Of a stretch of 64,000 nt of DNA, positions 28,273 through 37,379 are shown one piece after another; the stretch's first letter is position 1, and the number at the start of each line of letters is the position of its first letter. The stretch is from positions 129,298-193,297 of the forward strand of contig CAZZBS010000001.1 of assembly GCA_964652685.1 (NCBI GenBank), given 5' to 3'. Under the pieces are notes generated by a model that was given only the letters and a program-made list of their open reading frames with translations, was not told where the DNA came from and made no database searches. The DNA comes from an uncultured Lentimicrobiaceae bacterium (lineage in GTDB: Bacteria > Bacteroidota > Bacteroidia > Bacteroidales > SKPS01). The position numbers and the translations under genes are program-made.

Positions 28273-29643
28273 CTAATAGATAGCTGAGGAGTTAGGTCCA
28301 TCTCCCTCCATCCGTCCGAGATAGGTCTGCACGCACCTGAATCCGATGAAGCTTTTAGCAGTATCCTGGAACTCATAGGTACGGGTTCCGGTCTGGATAT
28401 AGTAGTGAATATCTTTCCATGAGCCGCCGCGGATCACTTTTCTTTTCAGGACAGGAGGATCTGTATCTTTTGCTTCAAAGGAATAATCCATATTAAGGTC
28501 ATGGGCAAAGCTATAGGCAGATTCATCAAAAGCGTTGCTGGTCCACTCAGATACGTTGCCGGCCATGTCATACAAGCCAAAGTCATTGGGTGCGAAATGG
28601 GCTACGATAAGGGTATGGAACCCTCCGTCATCAATATAATTGCCACGCAGGGGTTTATAATTGGCAAGGAAGCAGCCGTAATTATTCCTGACGTATGGGC
28701 TACCCCATGGGTAATTACTCAGGTCAAGACCACCACGGGCAGCCCATTCCCATTCAGATTCTGTAGGAAGTCTGAAGTCTGCTTCAAACGGGCGATCTCT
28801 TCCTTCCAGGTAGGAATCACGAATTTGTGTGCGCCAGATGGTAAAGGCCCTTGCCTGCTTCCAGTTGATACCAACCACCGGATAATGGTCGTAGGATGGA
28901 TGCCAGAAATAGTTTCTTGTCAAAGGTTCGTTGAAAGAATAGGTAAAATCACGCACCCATGCAAGGGTATCGGGATACACATTGGTTTTTTCCGTCTTGA
29001 TAAAAACTGAGCGGTCGCGCATCCCCTGGGGTCTGTTTTCCAGGGCTGCAGCAGCACGGTAATCGATCCATGAATAGACATAATCCAGTTTGCGGGTATC
29101 AATTTGCTTCCGACGGAAATACCGCTCATGCTCAGGAAGGAACATCTGGTCCAATGGGTTCTCGCCATCTTCCTCATACCCTTCCCAGCGGATATCCTCT
29201 CTCCAGTTGATGAGCTTGTAGGGTATGTCCTGCCCATATTCGATCACTTCCCCGGTTTTCTTGTCGCTCTTGTAGTGCCGTCCGTAAAGCTCCGGATCAT
29301 CGAGGTCTCCAAGAATGGTGTGGGCGATGGAATCCCGGACCCAATAGACAAACTGGCGGTACTCATTGTTGGTGATCTCTGTTTCATCCATATAAAAAGA
29401 CTGGATGGACACTGTTTTCCCTGGTGCAAGGTTTGAATAGGGTATATCCTGATCGCTGTTGCCCATCGTATAACTTCCCATCGGGATGAACAACATCCCA
29501 AAAGGCCGCTGATCAACGTATTCAGGACGGTCTTGAACACCGATAAGCTGTCCGTTCCCTGTGTTACTACATCCGTAGATCACAAGAACGAGCACTAGAA
29601 ATAGAAGCAGCTTTTTCATCTTACCAAATGTTTGTTCAGGCAT
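28273..29643 (-). CDS. gldK: T9SS / gliding motility lipoprotein GldK (PorK), FGE/SUMF1-like fold
   Basis: Lipobox (LVLVIYGC) and formylglycine-generating-enzyme-like domain motifs (RLPTESEWEWAARGG, NVSEWT, RGGSWKD). Confidence 0.9.
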   Translation of the reverse strand: MPEQTFGKMKKLLLFLVLVLVIYGCSNTGNGQLIGVQDRPEYVDQRPFGMLFIPMGSYTMGNSDQDIPYSNLAPGKTVSIQSFYMDETEITNNEYRQFVYWVRDSIAHTILGDLDDPELYGRHYKSDKKTGEVIEYGQDIPYKLINWREDIRWEGYEEDGENPLDQMFLPEHERYFRRKQIDTRKLDYVYSWIDYRAAAALENRPQGMRDRSVFIKTEKTNVYPDTLAWVRDFTYSFNEPLTRNYFWHPSYDHYPVVGINWKQARAFTIWRTQIRDSYLEGRDRPFEADFRLPTESEWEWAARGGLDLSNYPWGSPYVRNNYGCFLANYKPLRGNYIDDGGFHTLIVAHFAPNDFGLYDMAGNVSEWTSNAFDESAYSFAHDLNMDYSFEAKDTDPPVLKRKVIRGGSWKDIHYYIQTGTRTYEFQDTAKSFIGFRCVQTYLGRMEGDGPNSSAIY

Positions 29644-29710
29644 ATCTCTGGTTTTTATCTTCGTTTTTAACGCTTATTCGCCGGAATGGTTACGTAAACG
29701 GGGCTTTGAT

Positions 29711-30691
29711 TTATAGGGTTGGCAAATATCTGACATTTGAATAGCTGGACGGGATTTTCACCCTGATAATTTTGAAACAATAGCTGGCATATACCTCGTG
29801 TGATCCGGAACTTCGTCCACTCCTTCCCAGTTGTGAGGTAGTGACATCGTATGAATAGCCAAGGTTAAGGGCGCCAAGGCCACCAGTATCAAAAGGAAAA
29901 GCACCCAACATAATACAAACGGCATCATTTGCGCGATAAGAAACGCCTCCCCAGAATTTATTATTGTATATCCCAAGTACATTTACATCAAACTGTGTTG
30001 ATCCGAAATCGGATTTTACAAGGACATTGGGGTTGACGACCCAGGAGGGATTGGGTAGCAGGTAGTAATAACCCCCTGTAAGATAATAGTGACGTTTTAA
30101 TGCATAAGGATTCTTTGAATTGATGTCTTTAAATTCATCCTCAGCTATTTGTGAAGAAGAAAGCCCTACATAGAATTTATCAGTAATGCCATAATGTGCC
30201 CCGAAAGCAAAATCAATCAGCATGTCCGATTCTTTTCCGGCAGCCAACAGCAAAGGATCATCAGGATCGATGGGTTTGAATTTTGAAAAGTCAATGGTTT
30301 TGTCAAGAAAACCGGCGCTCAGACCCAAAGACATCCTGCCCTGACCGATGTTGAATTTGTAACTGTACATCAAACGAACGTTCAGATTCTCTTCAAAACC
30401 GATTTTATCGTTCATGAACATGATGCCAAGTCCGCTATTAATCTTGTTGATGGCCATGTCATACGTAAAAAGGTACGTCTGCGGGAACACCTTGTCTTCC
30501 CCATCACTGAAACCGACCCACTGCTGCCTCATCAGGATATTGAAGCAATTGGCATCCCTCACGCCGGCATAGCCGGGGTTGAAGGTAAGCTGGTTAAACA
30601 TAAAATGGGTGAGCTGAACTTCCTGCTGCGCAAACACGGTGAATCCGAATACAGTAAGAATGGTTATGATAAAATGCCGTAATCTGAACAT
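29711..30691 (-). CDS. porP: PorP/SprF-family T9SS membrane protein
   Basis: Signal peptide, a LTHFMFNQLTFNPGYAG motif, and a beta-barrel-like sequence. It lies directly upstream of gldK. Confidence 0.8.
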   Translation of the reverse strand: MFRLRHFIITILTVFGFTVFAQQEVQLTHFMFNQLTFNPGYAGVRDANCFNILMRQQWVGFSDGEDKVFPQTYLFTYDMAINKINSGLGIMFMNDKIGFEENLNVRLMYSYKFNIGQGRMSLGLSAGFLDKTIDFSKFKPIDPDDPLLLAAGKESDMLIDFAFGAHYGITDKFYVGLSSSQIAEDEFKDINSKNPYALKRHYYLTGGYYYLLPNPSWVVNPNVLVKSDFGSTQFDVNVLGIYNNKFWGGVSYRANDAVCIMLGAFPFDTGGLGALNLGYSYDVTTSQLGRSGRSSGSHEVYASYCFKIIRVKIPSSYSNVRYLPTL

Positions 30692-30962
30692 GGCTGATTT
30701 TGGGTTTCTTATGCGGTGCTAAAATAATAAAATTAATTATAAAAGATGAACCCTTTTATTTCAGGTATTAGTGTACCCATATATCGGCTTGTTTTTACAA
30801 ATGTCCTTGTGATTTATTACAAAACAATGCCTTTTTAATTATTTGATTTTGTGTTCTTTATGACGATTCTATTTTTAATTGCCCGCCATACGTCTTCCTG
30901 CTTATGATTATTTAGAAAGACTATAAATAAGCGGGTTACAAAAAATAGCGATTATTTTCAGA

Positions 30963-32147
30963 TTACATGAGCTTCTGATATACCTGCCACCATCGGTCAG
31001 GGACCTCATTTTTCAGGGCTGTCTGGTAGTCGTTGAAGGAACAGGGTACAAAATAATGTCTTTCATAATGGGATGGATTTTCAGACCTACAGGGTACTTT
31101 CATCCACCAACGGTCGCTTTTCCGGCTTTTCAGAAATACGATCTCATGTTCATGGTCTTCGACCGGCACCATATATTTGATAAACATGTGTTCATCCCAT
31201 TGCTGGCCTTTGGCAGGCAGGTCATCGCTCCGAAGGTAAAAACCCTCCAAGAGGTACCAAATCATCTGTGCAATGAGTTGGGCTGTCTGGTGTCTGGGGT
31301 CAAAAAGGGGATTGTATTCATAAAAGCCGATGGAGGTAAGTTTATCGCTGCGGCCGGAATAGCGCATGATCTGGCATATTTCCTCTCCATAGAAGCCGTT
31401 GGGGGATGCATTTTCACTCCCTGGGGCATCTGACATTCTCACCGAGGTGACATCCACTGAAATGATATCAGCGTTTCGGATCAGGGGTTCGGCCTCTTCA
31501 AGGTTCTCGCGTATCATACCAACCCGATAGGTGTCAAACAGAAGGTTTTTCATCAGTTGGATGGCATCCTGATCAACATAATAGGTCTGGAATCCAATAT
31601 TTGTGAAATTAAAAAGGAAATTGGGCTGATGCAGGATAATCTTGCTCAGGTATGAAAGATTGTCAAGTGCTCCTTCCACATCCCCGAGGTCAAATCTCGG
31701 ATCGATGGTCACGAGGTTTACAATCTGGCCCAGCTTCTCATACGCTCTGTATTGAGCGTAGGTAATGTCCTGGCTGCCACCCAAAATTACCGGCAGGACA
31801 TTCATTTCAATCAGGTGGGCTACCACAGAGGAGAGAGCAAAATAGGTGTCTTCCGGGGTGAAGCCGTTTTTCAGGTTCCCAAGGTCGGCGATCCTGGATT
31901 TGAAATTACCTTCATGCAACTGGTAGAAGGCTTTTCTGACCGCATCCGGGCCTTCGGAACTGCCCTGGTTGATAACCGCATTCCTGTCTTCAGTCACTCC
32001 AATCAATGCTATGTCACACAGCGTTACATCCGGTATGTCCCCGTCCTGAAAATACCCGAGAATACTTTCACCGATACGGTTTCGTTTGATCCCGTCATCA
32101 AACTGAAAACTTCCATCCAGTGGTTTAAAGTAATCTGTTAGTTCCAT
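30963..32147 (-). CDS. arginase/formimidoylglutamase-fold protein with apparently degenerate metal site and C-terminal extension
   Basis: The ureohydrolase-like layout is retained (LGG..., ...YEYNP). The expected ligand motifs instead read GGSQDIT, IDPRFD and SVDVTSV, and there are ~100 extra C-terminal residues. Confidence 0.7.
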   Translation of the reverse strand: MELTDYFKPLDGSFQFDDGIKRNRIGESILGYFQDGDIPDVTLCDIALIGVTEDRNAVINQGSSEGPDAVRKAFYQLHEGNFKSRIADLGNLKNGFTPEDTYFALSSVVAHLIEMNVLPVILGGSQDITYAQYRAYEKLGQIVNLVTIDPRFDLGDVEGALDNLSYLSKIILHQPNFLFNFTNIGFQTYYVDQDAIQLMKNLLFDTYRVGMIRENLEEAEPLIRNADIISVDVTSVRMSDAPGSENASPNGFYGEEICQIMRYSGRSDKLTSIGFYEYNPLFDPRHQTAQLIAQMIWYLLEGFYLRSDDLPAKGQQWDEHMFIKYMVPVEDHEHEIVFLKSRKSDRWWMKVPCRSENPSHYERHYFVPCSFNDYQTALKNEVPDRWWQVYQKLM

Positions 32148-32170
32148 GCCATTCCGGTTTGGCGATAAAA

Positions 32171-34501
32171 TTACTTCTTTTTTCGTTTGGTAAAAGCTTT
32201 GGGTTTCCCTGAACTTGCTGATTCGGTCATGATCTGTTCACAATCGGCGAGTGTCAGATTTTGAGGATCTTTCCCCTTGGGTATTTTATAGTTTTTTTTC
32301 TGAAAGGATATATAGGGGCCGAATCTTCCTTTCAGGATGGTTAATCCGGGTTTATCCTCAAATGCTTTAATGACATTGTCAATGTCTTTCTGTCTTTTTG
32401 CCATGATGAGTTCCACAGCTTTTTCCCGGCTGATGCTGAGGGGATCCGCTCCTTTGGGAAGTGAAAAGAACTTTTCGTCATGACGGATATAGGGCCCAAA
32501 TCGTCCAACAGCAACGGTCATAGACTTTCCTTCAAATTCACCTATTTCCTTCGGGAAAGTGAGCAGCGCAAGTGCTTCATCCAGGGTGATGGTCTCAATG
32601 CTTTGTGTTTTCAGCAGACTTGCAAATCGTAGCGGGCCACCACTTTCCGTTTCTCCGATCTGGACCATCGGACCATACCTGCCTATCTTAACAAACACCT
32701 TTTGACCCGATCCCGGGTTAACACCCAGGCATTTTTCCCCGCTGAAGCGCTGGGCTATCTCGTTTGTCTGTCTGACCTTATCATAAAACTTTTCATGAAA
32801 ATCTCCGATCATCCGGTTCCATGGGGCTTTACCGGCTGCCACCTCATCAAAGGCTTTTTCCACCTGAGCCGTAAAATGATAATCGATGATGTCTTCAAAA
32901 TACTGTTCTAAAAAACGGTTCACCAACGTTCCAAGATCTGTTGGTAAAAGTTTTACCTTTTCCATTCCATATTTCTCGGTCTTCTCATTCCGGGATATTT
33001 TTCCATTTTGAAGGATAATTTCCACAATTGATCTGAAAGCTCCTTCTTTGTCAGTTTTAACAATGTATTCCCGTTTTTGGATTGTAGAGATGGTTGGTGC
33101 GTAGGTGCTGGGTCTTCCGATCCCAAGCTCCTCCATTTTTTTTACAAGGCTCGCTTCCGAATAGCGGGGCGGAGGTTGGGGGTAACGCTGTTCAGCCTTT
33201 ATAGTTTCATAACCAAGGGATTGCCCCTGTGTTAAGATAGGAAGTCCGGTATTATTTCCGTTTTCAGTTTCATCATCAATCGACTCGGAATAAACTTTCA
33301 GGAAACCATCAAACAGGATGACCTCCCCTTTTGCAACGAAAGGGATTTGCTTTCCTGAAACTCTGATGTTAACCTGGGTTTTTTCCAACTGCGCATCACT
33401 CATCTGTGAGGCCAGTGTCCGTTTCCAGATGAGGTCATACAGTTTTTTCTGGGATGCATCACCGGTAATATCCTGTTTTTCGATATAGGTTGGCCGGATA
33501 GCCTCATGGGCCTCCTGTGCTCCTTTTGTCTTTGTTTTATATTTCCTGATCTTTACGTACTTGCTTCCGTAGAGTTCTGTTATTACCTTCTTTGCTTTTC
33601 CCAGTGCCAGATCAGAAAGGTTAACACTGTCTGTCCTCATGTAGGTGATCCTTCCGCTCTCGTATAACTGCTGGGCTACCAGCATTGTCTTGGACACCGA
33701 AAATCCGAGTTTTCTGGAAGCTTCCTGCTGCAGGGTGGAGGTTGTGAAAGGGGGTGCCGGTGAACGCCTGGCAGGTTTTTTCTCCACCGACTCTACGGTA
33801 AAGGTTGCCTCCCTGCAATGGTACACAAGCCTGGCTGCCTCCTGCTCATGTTCGAAACGCTCCTGGTATTCTGCTTTTACCGGCATTGGAAAAGACCGGA
33901 CGGCATCCTGAAACACACCTGTGATCCTAAAAGAGGGCTGAGAAATGAAACGCTTTATCTCTTCCTCCCTGTCAACAATAAGTCTGACCGCAACCGACTG
34001 GACCCTGCCGGCAGAAAGGGCGGGCTTAACCTTCTTCCAGAGCAGGGGTGAGAGTTCAAAACCAACAAGCCGGTCGAGAACCCTGCGTGCCTGCTGGGCT
34101 TTCACAAGGTTCATATCGATGTCTCTCGGATTCTGCAACGCTTTTTCAATGGCAGGTTTTGTAATCTCATGGAACACAATCCTTCTTGTGTTTTCGGGTT
34201 TCAGGTTAAGTGAAACCAGTAAATGCCAGGATATAGCCTCCCCTTCACGGTCTTCATCCGTTGCCAGCCAAACCTGTTCTGCCTCTTTGGCCAGCTTTTT
34301 CAACTCCTGAATGACTTTCTGTTTATCAGCAGCAATTTCGTATTGCGGCTCAAATCCTTTTTCAACATCCACACCCAGCCCTTTCTTGGTAAGATCGCGC
34401 ACATGCCCGAAGCTTGACTTTACGACAAAACCGGAGCCCAGATACCTTCCGATGGTTTTTGCTTTGGCCGGAGATTCAACAATAACCAGATTCTTCCCCA
34501 T
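32171..34501 (-). CDS. topA: DNA topoisomerase I
   Basis: Trimmed to ATG 34501 (MGKNLVIVESPAKAKTIGRYLG, the TOPRIM start). The active-site tyrosine context is ITYMRTDS, and C-terminal repeats are present. Confidence 0.95.
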   Translation of the reverse strand: MGKNLVIVESPAKAKTIGRYLGSGFVVKSSFGHVRDLTKKGLGVDVEKGFEPQYEIAADKQKVIQELKKLAKEAEQVWLATDEDREGEAISWHLLVSLNLKPENTRRIVFHEITKPAIEKALQNPRDIDMNLVKAQQARRVLDRLVGFELSPLLWKKVKPALSAGRVQSVAVRLIVDREEEIKRFISQPSFRITGVFQDAVRSFPMPVKAEYQERFEHEQEAARLVYHCREATFTVESVEKKPARRSPAPPFTTSTLQQEASRKLGFSVSKTMLVAQQLYESGRITYMRTDSVNLSDLALGKAKKVITELYGSKYVKIRKYKTKTKGAQEAHEAIRPTYIEKQDITGDASQKKLYDLIWKRTLASQMSDAQLEKTQVNIRVSGKQIPFVAKGEVILFDGFLKVYSESIDDETENGNNTGLPILTQGQSLGYETIKAEQRYPQPPPRYSEASLVKKMEELGIGRPSTYAPTISTIQKREYIVKTDKEGAFRSIVEIILQNGKISRNEKTEKYGMEKVKLLPTDLGTLVNRFLEQYFEDIIDYHFTAQVEKAFDEVAAGKAPWNRMIGDFHEKFYDKVRQTNEIAQRFSGEKCLGVNPGSGQKVFVKIGRYGPMVQIGETESGGPLRFASLLKTQSIETITLDEALALLTFPKEIGEFEGKSMTVAVGRFGPYIRHDEKFFSLPKGADPLSISREKAVELIMAKRQKDIDNVIKAFEDKPGLTILKGRFGPYISFQKKNYKIPKGKDPQNLTLADCEQIMTESASSGKPKAFTKRKKK

Positions 34502-34667
34502 CACCTCAAAAATTTTCATGATCAACTTCAGGATCTGATCCGGCAATCCGGAAAAAATCCGGTGCAAAGAAAACGAAATTATTAATATGGTATGGCAGTA
34601 TTAACGTATCGGGTCACTCTAAGCGGGTATAATCCGGGGCGGATAGGGCGTGTACGGAAAAATCGGA

Positions 34668-34675
34668 TAATTTTG
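34668..34675 (+). promoter_or_regulatory. -7 box TAATTTTG upstream of miaB
   Basis: Exact match, 15 nt upstream of ATG 34691. It lies inside the longer ORF-track version, which argues for the shorter start. Confidence 0.45.
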
Positions 34676-34690
34676 CACCACGATCCTGAT

Positions 34691-36016
34691 ATGAAACTGT
34701 TCATAGAGACCTTTGGTTGCCAGATGAATTTTTCTGATAGTGAGATTGTAGCCTCCATTCTCACAAAGGAGGGGTATTCGTTATGTGATGATCCTTCCGG
34801 TGCAGACACTATTTTCATTAATACCTGTTCGATCCGTAACAATGCCGAGATGCGGGTAAGGAAGCGGTTACGGGAGCTGCGGGGCCTGAAGCGCAGGCAC
34901 CCGGAGATCACCATCGGCATTCTGGGATGTATGGCTGAGCGACTAAAGGAAAGTCTGCTGGAGGAGGAGGTGGTAGTGGACCTTATTGCCGGTCCTGACA
35001 GTTACAGGGAATTGCCTGCCATGCTGAGGCAGGTTAATGCCGGGCAGAGAGCTGCCCATGTGATCCTGTCTGAAGAGGAGACTTACGGGGATCTGGAACC
35101 AGTCCGTTATCATTCGAACGGGGTGTCGGCCTTTCTTTCCATCATGCGCGGGTGCCAGAACTTCTGCTCCTATTGTGTTGTCCCTTACACCCGTGGCAGG
35201 GAGCGGAGCCGGAATCCGGAAAGCATCCTGTATGAAGCCGGGGAGCTGATCAGGAACGGTTACCGCGAGGTAACCCTGCTTGGACAGAATGTGAATTCAT
35301 ACCTCTGGCAGGAAAAAGATGCAAAAACCGACTTCCCCGACCTGTTGAAGCAAGTGGCATTGTTGTCGCCGCTACTCCGCGTCAGGTTTGCCACCTCACA
35401 CCCCAAAGATTTGTCCGACAAACTGATCAGCACCATGGCCGATCAGCCGAACATCTGCCGGCACATTCATCTCCCGGTTCAATCGGGCTCCGACCGGATC
35501 CTTCACCTGATGAACCGGAAGTATACCCGCGAATGGTACCTCTCCAGGGTCAGGGCTATCCGGTCAGCTATGCCGGATACCGGCATCAGCACCGACATCA
35601 TTGCCGGATTCTGCAGTGAAACGGAGCATGACCATCAGGCAACCCTGTCGCTGATGTGGGAATGCCGTTTCGACTTTGCCTTCATGTTTGCCTATTCTGA
35701 GCGACCCGGTACTATGGCTGCAAACCGGCTGCCGGATGATGTCCCCGTAGAAGTGAAGAAAAGGAGGCTCCATGAAATCATAGCGCTGCAGCAGGAACTG
35801 TCACACCTCAGCAACCGGCGCGACCTTACCAGATCTTTTACCGTGCTGGCGGAAGGGGCATCCCGGAAATCGAAAGACCATCTTTCGGGACGCAATGAAC
35901 AGAACAAGGTGGTGGTTTTTCCTGCCGCAGGATACAAGAGAGGGGACTATGTAAAGGTGCATGTTGACCGGTGCACTTCAGCAACACTGCTTGGAAAAGC
36001 AGTACCGGCAACCTGA
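34691..36016 (+). CDS. miaB: tRNA-2-methylthio-N6-dimethylallyladenosine synthase MiaB
   Basis: Trimmed to ATG 34691 (MKLFIETFGCQMNFSDSE), which lies 16 nt after a TAATTTTG box. The radical-SAM motif is CQNFCSYCVVPYTRG, and there is a TRAM C-terminus. Confidence 0.9.
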   Translation: MKLFIETFGCQMNFSDSEIVASILTKEGYSLCDDPSGADTIFINTCSIRNNAEMRVRKRLRELRGLKRRHPEITIGILGCMAERLKESLLEEEVVVDLIAGPDSYRELPAMLRQVNAGQRAAHVILSEEETYGDLEPVRYHSNGVSAFLSIMRGCQNFCSYCVVPYTRGRERSRNPESILYEAGELIRNGYREVTLLGQNVNSYLWQEKDAKTDFPDLLKQVALLSPLLRVRFATSHPKDLSDKLISTMADQPNICRHIHLPVQSGSDRILHLMNRKYTREWYLSRVRAIRSAMPDTGISTDIIAGFCSETEHDHQATLSLMWECRFDFAFMFAYSERPGTMAANRLPDDVPVEVKKRRLHEIIALQQELSHLSNRRDLTRSFTVLAEGASRKSKDHLSGRNEQNKVVVFPAAGYKRGDYVKVHVDRCTSATLLGKAVPAT

Positions 36017-36026
36017 CCGGTAATCC

Positions 36027-36770
36027 TCAGGATTTGTTATGGATGATCATAACTGTACCGAACCTGTCGGGTACATGCACGAGGTTTTCGGGTATTGTAG
36101 CCACAAAATCGTCAACCGCTTTAGACAATCCTTCCCATTTATGGGTGTAATCATGCACCATCAGCACCCCGCCTGGTGCAAGGCGGGGATAAAAGAACTC
36201 CAGCCCCTCTTTTACAGGCAGATAAAGATCTGCATCAATATGGACTAGAGCAAACACAGCCGTTTCCAGGTCTTTGGCTGTTTCCGGGAAATGCCCCACA
36301 TGGAAGATGAGATTGGGGCTGTTGCCAAGTTTTTCCTTCACCAAAGAGGGGTCAGTGTCGGCAAAATGGTGCCAGTCGTAGGTTGCGGCCTCCCCTGTTT
36401 CCATGGATAGGTCAGGCTTGCTGAATCCTGAAAAGGTGTCGAACAGATGAAAGGTGCGCTCCGGCGCCAACTTGTGGATCAGGTAGGCAGATTCCCCCTG
36501 ATAAACGCCCAGCTCGGCAAAATCACCGGGAATATCATCCTTCCGGATGCGCCTCACCTGGAACCACAGGTTATACAGACGGATCTTATCATCGCTCCCC
36601 TTCTCGGCCTTGTGTATCTCCGGCGGTATTTCGCCGTTACTGAACTGGTGGATCCATTCCTCCGGATGATGTACCCGTTGCAAAATACTGATCCGGAAAT
36701 ACCTTATCCCGATAAGGATGAGGATAATGACCATGGCATATATCAGGTATTGCAGTATTTCAGTAAACAT
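36027..36770 (-). CDS. class I SAM-dependent methyltransferase (TylF/macrocin-O-methyltransferase-like) with N-terminal TM helix
   Basis: GDFAELGVYQGESA is a SAM-binding motif, and VHIDADLY and GGVLMVHDY are typical of TylF-like methyltransferases. The N-terminus YLIYAMVIILILIGIRYF is hydrophobic. Confidence 0.7.
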   Translation of the reverse strand: MFTEILQYLIYAMVIILILIGIRYFRISILQRVHHPEEWIHQFSNGEIPPEIHKAEKGSDDKIRLYNLWFQVRRIRKDDIPGDFAELGVYQGESAYLIHKLAPERTFHLFDTFSGFSKPDLSMETGEAATYDWHHFADTDPSLVKEKLGNSPNLIFHVGHFPETAKDLETAVFALVHIDADLYLPVKEGLEFFYPRLAPGGVLMVHDYTHKWEGLSKAVDDFVATIPENLVHVPDRFGTVMIIHNKS

Positions 36771-36921
36771 GACCGGATTTTTTTGGCAAATTACGAAAAT
36801 TCATTGTTCACCGGGGATGATATCATCGCAGATTAACATTCTTTGGTTGATAAAAGAATTTTATTCCTGATGGTTACGATCAACGAATGGGATTATTTTT
36901 ACAAATTCAAAGCTCAATAAG

Positions 36922-37344
36922 ATGGTCAACCAGGAGGAAGAAGGCATAAAAGGGCAAACCTCTAATGGGGGTATGGCACAGGAGGGGAGCCCGACAACCT
37001 CCCCTGAAGGCCGGATCCCGGATCCTTCGGCAAAAGCGGGTAGAAACCGGCTGTTCAGAATTCTGTCCAACAAATACCTTCTTGCATTTCTCATCATCCT
37101 GGTGTGGGTACTCTTTTTCGATGGCAATAATCTGATATCCAGGTTCAGGATTTTATCTGAAATCAGGCAGTTGCGTCAACAGAAAAAGTATTACAGGGAA
37201 GAGATCAGGATTAACGAAGATATCCGTGATGCGTTGCTTCATGATATTGACCAGGTAGAGAAGTTTGGCCGCGAGACCTACCTTATGAAGCGTGACAATG
37301 AAGACATTTACCTGATCATTGAGGAAGAAGAGGCACCGCGTTGA
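36922..37344 (+). CDS. septum formation initiator (FtsB/DivIC-like) protein
   Basis: A single TM (YLLAFLIILVWVLFF) is followed by a short coiled coil (ILSEIRQLRQQKKYYREEI) and an ...ETYLMKRDNEDIYLI motif. The true start may be further downstream. Confidence 0.6.
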   Translation: MVNQEEEGIKGQTSNGGMAQEGSPTTSPEGRIPDPSAKAGRNRLFRILSNKYLLAFLIILVWVLFFDGNNLISRFRILSEIRQLRQQKKYYREEIRINEDIRDALLHDIDQVEKFGRETYLMKRDNEDIYLIIEEEEAPR

Positions 37345-37351
37345 ACCACAT

Positions 37352-37370
37352 AAGCCGGCCATCCGGCTTT
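37352..37370. terminator. hairpin between convergent ftsB-like and priA genes
   Basis: AAGCCGG-ccat-CCGGCTT forms a perfect 7-bp stem. Only a short T run follows on the plus strand, so terminator function is tentative. Confidence 0.35.
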
Positions 37371-37379
37371 CTGCCTCCA

